Source of the DNA: Candidatus Krumholzibacteriia bacterium
Lineage (GTDB): Bacteria > Krumholzibacteriota > Krumholzibacteriia > LZORAL124-64-63
Reading direction: 5' to 3'
NCBI GenBank assembly: GCA_050174015.1
Contig: JBFXKG010000004.1
Location: 128,001-192,000 of the forward strand
DNA length: 64,000 nucleotides
This document shows, piece by piece, positions 18,252-27,743 of the stretch. Both the position numbers and the translations under genes were made by a program. Every line of letters begins with the position of its first letter. Within the stretch, counting starts at the first letter, position 1. The notes below the pieces were generated by a model. That model saw only the letters and a list, made by a program, of their open reading frames with translations. It made no database searches and was not told where the DNA came from.

Positions 18252-19397
18252 ATGTCCGAGAACATCATCGTGCTCGGGGGCGGTCTGGTCGGCGGCCCCA
18301 TGGCCCTGGACCTCGCCCGCGACGACCGTTTCACGGTGACCGTCGCCGACATCGATCCCGGAGTGCTCGAGGGGCTGGCGGCCCGCGGCCCCGTTCAGGG
18401 CGAGGCCTGCGACCTGTCCGACCCCGCCGCCGTCGCCGACCTGGTCCGGGACTTCGATCTGGTCGTCGGCGCCGTTCCCGGCCACATGGGTTTCGCCACC
18501 CTGGAGGCCGTCATCTCCGCCGGCCGGGACATCGTTGACATCGCCTTCTTCCCCGAAGATCCCTTCCTGCTCGATGCGGCGGCGAGGGCCCGGGGCGTGA
18601 CCGTGATCGTCGACTGCGGTGTGTTTCCCGGAATGGGCAGCGCCCTGGTCGGTCGCGCCGACCGCCTGTGCGACAGGTTGGATAGGGTTCTGGTCTATGT
18701 GGGCGGCCTGCCGAAAATCCGGCGCCAGCCCTTCGAGTACCGTGCCGTGTTCTCGCCCATCGACGTGATCGAGGAATACACCCGGCCCGCCCGCTACCGG
18801 GAAAACGGGAAGCTCATCGAACGGCCCGCGCTGTCCGACGTCGAGCTGGTCGAACTGTCCACGCTCGGCACCCTCGAGGCCTTCAACACCGACGGCCTGC
18901 GCACCCTGCTGGAGACGATCTCCGCCCCCGACATGAAGGAGAAGACCCTGCGCTACCCCGGACACGCCGCCAAGATGGCCCTGCTGCGGGAATGCGGGTT
19001 CTTCGGCGAGGAGCCGGTGGACGTCGGCGGACACCCCGTGCGGCCGGTGGACGTGACCGGGCGCCTGCTGTTCCCCATGTGGAAGCTGCAGCCCGGAGAG
19101 GGCGACGTCACGGTCATGCGCATCCTGGTCGAGGGGGTCCAGGCGGGGCGGAAGGTTCGCTGGACCTGGGACCTGTACGACGAGTTCGACCATGCCCTGG
19201 GCGTCTCGAGCATGGCCCGCACCACCGGCTACACCGCCACCATGGCCGTCCGGGCCATCGCCGACGGCGTCTACCGGGAACAGGGCGTATCGCCCCCCGA
19301 GTTCCTCGGGCGCGTCGACGGCTGCGTGGAGTACCTGCTCGCCGGCCTCGAGCAGCGGGGCGTCGTCTACCGGGAACAGCGGGAATTCCCGGACTGA
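18252..19397 (+). CDS. Saccharopine dehydrogenase / lysine 6-dehydrogenase family
   Basis: Rossmann GGGLVG; DCGVFPG, VGGLP, EAFNTDGLRTL, KTLRYPGH and SMARTTG motifs. Confidence 0.88.
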   Translation: MSENIIVLGGGLVGGPMALDLARDDRFTVTVADIDPGVLEGLAARGPVQGEACDLSDPAAVADLVRDFDLVVGAVPGHMGFATLEAVISAGRDIVDIAFFPEDPFLLDAAARARGVTVIVDCGVFPGMGSALVGRADRLCDRLDRVLVYVGGLPKIRRQPFEYRAVFSPIDVIEEYTRPARYRENGKLIERPALSDVELVELSTLGTLEAFNTDGLRTLLETISAPDMKEKTLRYPGHAAKMALLRECGFFGEEPVDVGGHPVRPVDVTGRLLFPMWKLQPGEGDVTVMRILVEGVQAGRKVRWTWDLYDEFDHALGVSSMARTTGYTATMAVRAIADGVYREQGVSPPEFLGRVDGCVEYLLAGLEQRGVVYREQREFPD

Positions 19398-19406
19398 ATC
19401 ACCGGG

Positions 19407-20102
19407 TTACTCCCTGAACAGCGCCTTCACCGCTCCCCAGGTCGCCACAGCCGCCGGCACCGGTCGGTCGGTGTAGGTTTCCAGGCGATAGACCTGATCG
19501 ATGGTCTCCTCCACGATCCCTACGCCCCGGGAAATCCACCTTTCGACCAGGAGCGCATCTTTGGCCCCCACCGCCCGTCCGCAGACGTCATAGATCCCGT
19601 CGAAAAACAGCTTGGGGGGGCCCGAGGACGAACCCCTGAGGCCGAACGACGGGAAGTCCCCCGCGGGGACGGTCCGGATCCCCTCCTCCTCCACCACGAA
19701 ACCGAAGGTCCAGGTCCCGTAGAAGGCCATGGTGGGCAGGATGTAGAAATCCACCTGCTGGGTCCAGGTCTTGCCCAGCCAGAGCGGGGCGTCCACCCAG
19801 GTGATCGGCGGATCGTAGAAGGCCCCCACGAAACCGCGGGTCCAGCCGTGCAGCAGCACGCCCCCCTCGGGCCCCGGAGTCCAGTAGTTCACCAGGTCCG
19901 AATTTGCAGGGCTGACCGGGTGGGCGATGGGATAGACCTGACGGCCCTGGAAGTCCGTCAACTCGCCCACGATCCGCGTTTCGAGGCCGCCGTCGTCGAG
20001 GCGATAGTTCCAGAAGTATCCCGGCTGCAGTGGCAGGTATCCCTGCCCCAGGCAAGGAATGGCTGTCAACAGGGCCACCGTGATGATCAAACAGGTTTTC
20101 AT
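19407..20102 (-). CDS. Secreted protein with short C-terminal TWGAVKALFR motif
   Basis: Signal peptide; YLPLQPGYFWNY and TVPAGDF motifs; ends RPVPAAVATWGAVKALFRE. Confidence 0.8.
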   Translation of the reverse strand: MKTCLIITVALLTAIPCLGQGYLPLQPGYFWNYRLDDGGLETRIVGELTDFQGRQVYPIAHPVSPANSDLVNYWTPGPEGGVLLHGWTRGFVGAFYDPPITWVDAPLWLGKTWTQQVDFYILPTMAFYGTWTFGFVVEEEGIRTVPAGDFPSFGLRGSSSGPPKLFFDGIYDVCGRAVGAKDALLVERWISRGVGIVEETIDQVYRLETYTDRPVPAAVATWGAVKALFRE

Positions 20103-20246
20103 GATTCACCCCCGGACTTCAGGTCGCATTGGTTTCCGCTCCCTCGCCAAAATGATACTGCAAATCCAGCCCGGGGTGGGGGCCGGAACGGCAATAATCC
20201 GAATCCCCGTCAAGGGCTGCCGGAATCCGCCGATAGAATCGTCGAT

Positions 20247-22454
<2,208 letters not shown>

Positions 22455-22465
22455 GCTCCCGCACC

Positions 22466-23596
22466 ATGAACCCTTCATCGACCGGACCCGGCCGCATCGC
22501 GGGCGTCGACGCCCTGCGCGGTGCGACCATGGCCGCCATGATCGTCGTGAACAACCCGGGCTCGTGGAGCGCCATGTATCCCTGGCTGCAGCACGCCTCC
22601 TGGGGCGGTCCGATCGCTCCCGCCGATCTCATCTTCCCCACGTTCCTGTTCCTGGTCGGGGCGGCCACACCCCTGGCCATGGGTCGCGGTCTCGAGGCCG
22701 GCCTCCCACGGGGAGCCCTGCTGCGCAAGGCCGCCCGCCGCTCGGCCGAGCTGTTCCTGATCGGGGTGTTCCTGAACCTCTATCCCGATTTCTCGTTGAC
22801 CACCCTGCGGATCCCGGGGGTCCTGCAGCGCATCGCCGTGGTATTCCTTGCCTGCGCCTGCGCCTTCCTGTACCTCGGTCGGCGCAGGATCCTCCTGCTG
22901 GCCGTCGCCCTGGTCGGCGGGTACACCCTGGCGCTGGCGCTGATCCCGGTGCCCGGCCCCGGCGGGCCGGTCATCACCGAATCGGTCAGCCTGCCGGTCT
23001 GGCTGGACGACCGGATCCTCGGCGCGCACACCTGGCGGGGACCGGGCGACCCCGAAGGCATCCTGTCCACCTTCCCCGCGGTGGTCACCGGCCTGATCGG
23101 CGTCCTGGCGGGATCGGCCCTGCGGCGCCGGCCGCGGCCGGGATCCGCCTCCCTGGGGCTCGCCCTGGCGGGGGCGGCCCTGCTGGCGGGGGGCGCCCTG
23201 GCGTCCACCCTGCAATCCCCCATCAAGGAACTGTGGAACGCACCTTACGTCCTGCTGACCGGTGGCTGGGCCCTGGTGGCCACGGGGGCCTGCCTTCAGG
23301 TCGTCGATGGTCTGGGATGGCGACCGGGGCTGGGCCCGGTTCTCATCCTCGGCCGGCACGCCCTCAGCGCCTTCGTGGCCGCGCACCTGCTGTCCGATAC
23401 CGCCATCTCGGTGATCCGCTGGTCCGACGGAGCGGGCGGGACGATGTCGCTGCATCACTTCTTCAGGAGTATCCTGTTTACCAGCTGGCTGCCGCCCGAG
23501 GCGGCTTCGCTGGCCCAGTCGGTCGCGATGCTCGCCGTGATCACCGCGGGCCTGGCAATCTTCCGGGTTCTGTCGAGCCGAAGGAGTCCCGCGTGA
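22466..23596 (+). CDS. HGSNAT/NagX-like (DUF5009) membrane acyltransferase
   Basis: DALRG..MIVVN, HASW, DLIFPTFLF, RIPGVLQRIA and DPEGILST motifs. Confidence 0.88.
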   Translation: MNPSSTGPGRIAGVDALRGATMAAMIVVNNPGSWSAMYPWLQHASWGGPIAPADLIFPTFLFLVGAATPLAMGRGLEAGLPRGALLRKAARRSAELFLIGVFLNLYPDFSLTTLRIPGVLQRIAVVFLACACAFLYLGRRRILLLAVALVGGYTLALALIPVPGPGGPVITESVSLPVWLDDRILGAHTWRGPGDPEGILSTFPAVVTGLIGVLAGSALRRRPRPGSASLGLALAGAALLAGGALASTLQSPIKELWNAPYVLLTGGWALVATGACLQVVDGLGWRPGLGPVLILGRHALSAFVAAHLLSDTAISVIRWSDGAGGTMSLHHFFRSILFTSWLPPEAASLAQSVAMLAVITAGLAIFRVLSSRRSPA

Positions 23597-23763
23597 ACAT
23601 CTACTTCATCCTGTTCATCTCCCTGGTCGTCCTGCTGGTCGTAGGAGCCACGGTGATCTCCATCATCATGTCCACCACCGCCGGCACCGAGATGATGGAA
23701 TCGGCCTGGAGGAAAGCAGGCAAGCCCGGGGCGGACAAGGAGGACGATCCCCCCTCCGCCTGA
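23593..23763 (+). CDS. Small single-TM membrane protein (56 aa)
   Basis: AAGGAG RBS and GTGA overlap with the upstream stop; hydrophobic segment IYFILFISLVVLLVVGATVISIIM. Confidence 0.65.
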   Translation: MNIYFILFISLVVLLVVGATVISIIMSTTAGTEMMESAWRKAGKPGADKEDDPPSA

Positions 23764-23858
23764 TTCCGCCTATCCCCACCGGCCGATCCCGCCTATAATC
23801 CGCCCGCTCACTCTGCTGAGACCACCGCGCCCCCCGGGGGCCGAGCACGGGCGGAACC

Positions 23859-25772
23859 ATGGGCAAGTTCTCCATCAACAACTTCACGGCGCTCGACGTC
23901 TTCTGGGCGGTCGCCTTCCTCCTGCTGATGGTCGGCGGCGCGGCCTTCTTCTACCGGCTGGCGCGGCGCAGCGAGAGTGACTTCTTCCTGGCGGGAAGGG
24001 GCCTGCCCTGGTGGCTGCCGGCCTCGTCGGTCTTCTCGACCCACACCGCCACCGACACGCCCATGTGGATCACCGGGGTGATCTACGCCAACGGGTTGCG
24101 CGGCCTGTGGTACACCTTCTTCACCGCCTGGACGGCCATCGGCGCCTTCGTCTCGGCGCGCATCTTCCGCCGCTCGCTGGCCTACACCCAGGCCGAGTGG
24201 CAGACCCAGCGCTTCGGCGGCCTGGGCGCCGAGATGCTGCGTGGCTGGATGGCGGGCTGGCAGGTGTTCATGAACATGTTCATCCTCGGCTGGGTGGGCA
24301 TCGCCATGGGCAAGGTCTGCGCCCTGGCCTTCGGCTGGCCGGTGTGGGTGGGGCTGGTCATTCCCAGCGTGATCACCGCCTTCTACACCCTGGCCGCCGG
24401 CTACTGGGGCGTGGTCATGGGCGACTTCCTGCAGGGCATCGTCGCCGTGTTCGCCATCGTGCTGGTCTCGCTGGTGGGGGTGGCTGCGGCCGGAGGACCC
24501 GCCGAGGTCACCGCCCGCATCACCGAGCTCGGGCATAGCTGGCGGCTGGACGCCTTCGCGTTCACCGGCTGGCTGAACGGGGACTTCCCCATCGTCTGGT
24601 GGCTCACGATGCTGGTGATCGCGGTGATCGGCGGCTTCGGCATGGGCACCAGCATCGACTGGTACGTCGAGGCCCAGCGCATCCAGTCGGCGAAGACCGT
24701 GCGCGACGCCACCTACGGCCTGTGGGCCGGCGGCGCGGTCACCCTGGTGCGCAACGGGTTCTGGGCCGCGGGCATCCTCGCCTTCTTCGCCATGCTGCCG
24801 GACATCGCCGACCAGGCGGAGTACGAGCTGGGCTGGTTCCGCCTGGGCTTCGAGCTGCTGCCCGCCGGCCTGGTGGGCGTGTTCTTCGGGGCCATCCTCG
24901 CCATCCACCTGTCGACCATCAGCAGCCACCTGAACCTGGGCGCGCTGTACTTCACCCGCGACATCTACCAGCGGTACATCAAGCCGGATGCGAGCGAATC
25001 GCGCCTGGTGTGGATGGGCCGCGCGGCCACCTTCGTGCTGCTGATCGGCTCGTTCTTCTACGGCCTGATGATGCAGGAGATCACCAAGTGGCTGATCTTC
25101 GCGCTGTGGCTGATGATGGCCGGCATCTGGCTGCCCAACATCCTGCAGGTGGTGTGGTGGAGGTTCAACGCCTGGGGCTACCTGGCCGGCTGGATGGCCA
25201 ACCTGGGCGTCTCGTGGCTGGTGGTGTGGATCCTGCCCGCGTTCGGGGTGATCCCCAAGCTGCCCGACCACTTGAACTTCTGGCTGCTGATGGCCCTGGG
25301 CGCGGTGATCTTCATCCCCGTGACCCTGGGCACGAAGCCCGAGAAGATGGACCGTCTCGTGCGCTACTACGTGATGACCCGGCCCATCGGCTGGTGGGGA
25401 CCGGTGCACCGTGAAGCCGTCAGGCGCGGGCTGATCCCCGAGACCGTCCCGGCCAAGGATGCGGGGCCGCGGCCGCTGATCCGCCGGGAGTGGACCCCCG
25501 AGCAGGCCGACGCCTGGACCCGCGAGGACTGGCTGGTGGTCGTCCTGTCGCCCCTGGCCATGGCAGGCCTGATGATCGGGGTCACCAAGTCCCTGCTCCT
25601 GCAGCCGGGCGGACTGCTGGTGCTGATCTCCGCGATCGCCTGCATCTTCCTGATCTACTGGATCATCGATCCCAAGCTGAGGGCGGTCTCGCAGGAATAC
25701 GAATCCCAGCAGGCGAGCTACGTCGAGCAGCTCGAACAGCGCCTGCGCTGGCAGGACGAAGGGGGGCGCTGA
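23859..25772 (+). CDS. Sodium:solute symporter (SSS) family transporter
   Basis: DFFLAGRGLPWW, GVVMGDFLQ, QRIQSAK and STISSHLN motifs; many TM helices; TATAAT at 23794. Confidence 0.9.
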   Translation: MGKFSINNFTALDVFWAVAFLLLMVGGAAFFYRLARRSESDFFLAGRGLPWWLPASSVFSTHTATDTPMWITGVIYANGLRGLWYTFFTAWTAIGAFVSARIFRRSLAYTQAEWQTQRFGGLGAEMLRGWMAGWQVFMNMFILGWVGIAMGKVCALAFGWPVWVGLVIPSVITAFYTLAAGYWGVVMGDFLQGIVAVFAIVLVSLVGVAAAGGPAEVTARITELGHSWRLDAFAFTGWLNGDFPIVWWLTMLVIAVIGGFGMGTSIDWYVEAQRIQSAKTVRDATYGLWAGGAVTLVRNGFWAAGILAFFAMLPDIADQAEYELGWFRLGFELLPAGLVGVFFGAILAIHLSTISSHLNLGALYFTRDIYQRYIKPDASESRLVWMGRAATFVLLIGSFFYGLMMQEITKWLIFALWLMMAGIWLPNILQVVWWRFNAWGYLAGWMANLGVSWLVVWILPAFGVIPKLPDHLNFWLLMALGAVIFIPVTLGTKPEKMDRLVRYYVMTRPIGWWGPVHREAVRRGLIPETVPAKDAGPRPLIRREWTPEQADAWTREDWLVVVLSPLAMAGLMIGVTKSLLLQPGGLLVLISAIACIFLIYWIIDPKLRAVSQEYESQQASYVEQLEQRLRWQDEGGR

Positions 25773-25773
25773 C

Positions 25774-25893
25774 ATGGACAAGGGGTTGGTCACGCTCATC
25801 GGCATGAGCATCGCGTACGTGGCGTCGTTCCTGGGCCTGGGCCTGGCCTGGTGGAGCTGGCGCAAGCATCACCGGAAGGACGAAAGACGATGA
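25774..25893 (+). CDS. Unannotated single-TM microprotein (39 aa)
   Basis: Starts 1 nt after the SSS stop; MDKGLVTLIGMSIAYVASFLGLGLAWWSWRKHHRKDERR. Confidence 0.65.
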   Translation: MDKGLVTLIGMSIAYVASFLGLGLAWWSWRKHHRKDERR

Positions 25894-26027
25894 ACGGACC
25901 GTTGCCCGCCGCCTCGCCCATCAGCGGATTCTTCTGGACCTGGATCGTCCCGGTGGCCCTGTTCACGCTGACCGCGGTGGCGACCTGGATGCTCTACCGG
26001 AACTTCTCCCGCAAGGGGCCCGACTAG
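25890..26027 (+). CDS. Unannotated single-TM microprotein (45 aa)
   Basis: ATGA overlap with the previous ORF; MNGPLPAASPISGFFWTWIVPVALFTLTAVATWMLYRNFSRKGPD. Confidence 0.65.
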   Translation: MNGPLPAASPISGFFWTWIVPVALFTLTAVATWMLYRNFSRKGPD

Positions 26028-26037
26028 TCACGCCCCT

Positions 26038-27522
26038 TCAACCGGCCGGTTTCGGATCCGCACCGGCGGCGCCGGTGGGACCGCGCCGCCGCTCGAGTTC
26101 CATGCGGACCTCGTACGCCTTCTCCTCCGTGATGGGGAAGCGCAGCACGGCCCAGAGGGCCAGGATCGAGGTCACGATGGGCACCCCCGCGTCGCAGAGC
26201 CGCATCAGGATGATCGATCGGGCCGTCTGCCCGGCGCCCAGTTCGACGTCGAATCCCGTGGCGTTCAGCAGGTAGCCCCCGCCCACCAGGGCCGCCGACA
26301 ACCCCAGCTTCACCATGAACCAGAAGATCGAGCCGAACATGCCCTCGCGGCGCTGGTGCGTCTTGAGCTCGTCGGTGTCCACGACGTCGGCGATCATGGA
26401 CGGCATCAGGGTGAACAGGCCGCCCAGGCTGAAGGCCAGCAGGGGAGCCGGAAGGATCACCATCCAGGGGATCTCCGGATTGTAGCAGACCCACTTGAGG
26501 GCGTAGCCGATGATCGCGACTCCGGTGGAAACGAAGAAGGCCTTGCGCTTCCCGATCTTCGTGGCCAGCCAGGTGACGAAGGCCACCACCGCGAAGGTGG
26601 ACACCCCGCCCACGGTGCCGGCAAGCCCGGCGTACTTGGCGCCCAGGGCCTGGTCCCCCTGCGCGACGTAGTAGATGATCACGTAGTACTGGAACGACGA
26701 GACCAGGATGAAACCGTTGAAGACCAGGAAGGTCGCGGCGCAGAGCTTCAGGAACGGCCCTGAATTGAGGGTCATCCCGAATCCCGTGAAGAACTCCTTG
26801 ATCTTTCCGGACAGCGTTCCCCGCAATCCGCCCTCCGCCGCGGCCACCTTCAGCATCCGCTCGCGCAGGAAGATCGCCGGCAGCACTCCCAGGCCGATGG
26901 CCACCACCGCCAGCACGACCGCCAGCCCCTTGGCTCCGGCGATCTGATCGGGTTCTCCGGCGGCATCCCGGAAGAAGTATCCCGAGTTCATGATCCACAG
27001 GAACCACGGCGAAACCACGTAGGCCAGCTGCGACACGAAGTTCTGCGTGCCCATCAGCCGCGTGCGCTCGTGGTAGTCGGGCGTCAGCTCGTAACCGAGG
27101 GCCACCCAGGGCGTGCAGAAGATGGTGAACCCTATGTAGAAGAGGATCGAGAAGACCAAAAACCAGGCGTAGATGGTCTTCTGGCCCCAGCTGGGATCGA
27201 AGCTCCACAGCAGGACGAAGCAGATGGCGGAGATGAAGGCCCCCGCGAAGATGAACGGGCGGCGGCGGCCCCAGCGGGTCCGGGCCCCGTCGGAGATGAA
27301 TCCCATCAGTGGATCGGTGATGGTGTCCGTGATGCGGGGCCAGAAGCCCAGCCAACCGATGAGCACCGGGTTCATGCCCAGTCCCAGGTTCAGGACGATC
27401 ATCATCCCGCCGCTCGCGGCCGACAGGAGGTTGTTGACGAACGCCCCGGCGCCGTACGCCAGCCGCTGGGGGATGGCGACGCGGTCTTCCGGCCTGGTTG
27501 CGTGGTGGGTGGACTCGCTCAT
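26038..27522 (-). CDS. MFS glycoside-pentoside-hexuronide (GPH) sugar transporter
   Basis: DPLMGFISD..RTRWGRRRPF, ELTPDYHERT and MIADVVD..RREGMF motifs. Confidence 0.92.
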   Translation of the reverse strand: MSESTHHATRPEDRVAIPQRLAYGAGAFVNNLLSAASGGMMIVLNLGLGMNPVLIGWLGFWPRITDTITDPLMGFISDGARTRWGRRRPFIFAGAFISAICFVLLWSFDPSWGQKTIYAWFLVFSILFYIGFTIFCTPWVALGYELTPDYHERTRLMGTQNFVSQLAYVVSPWFLWIMNSGYFFRDAAGEPDQIAGAKGLAVVLAVVAIGLGVLPAIFLRERMLKVAAAEGGLRGTLSGKIKEFFTGFGMTLNSGPFLKLCAATFLVFNGFILVSSFQYYVIIYYVAQGDQALGAKYAGLAGTVGGVSTFAVVAFVTWLATKIGKRKAFFVSTGVAIIGYALKWVCYNPEIPWMVILPAPLLAFSLGGLFTLMPSMIADVVDTDELKTHQRREGMFGSIFWFMVKLGLSAALVGGGYLLNATGFDVELGAGQTARSIILMRLCDAGVPIVTSILALWAVLRFPITEEKAYEVRMELERRRGPTGAAGADPKPAG

Positions 27523-27577
27523 GGGGTCATCTCGTCATCACGCTCCAGGGAAGAAGGCGGCGTCCCGGTTCGGGGGG

Positions 27578-27600
27578 CTTTGTACGAATATCGAACAAAG
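27578..27600. promoter_or_regulatory. Palindromic operator candidate between the GPH transporter and GH92 genes
   Basis: CTTTGTACGA-ATA-TCGAACAAAG (9/10 symmetric), adjacent to a - strand TTGACC-16-GATACT. Confidence 0.55.
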
Positions 27601-27743
27601 TATCATGACCTCCGCAGGATGGTCAACCGCATTCTGGGTTTCTCTGGATTCGGAGGCAACTGCGATCCCGGGTTTGTCCTCGCCACCTGGCGCGTGACCT
27701 TTCATAATGGAGCCTGGACCATCCGACCTGGAAGGACGGCTTC

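Noticed and set aside
23800..23858. Riboswitch in the SSS leader (CCGCCCGCTC...GAGCACGGGCGG stem, CTGAGA)
   Set aside because: Too short and lacks the other TPP or glycine riboswitch motifs; the predicted TSS would fall inside the 5' arm.
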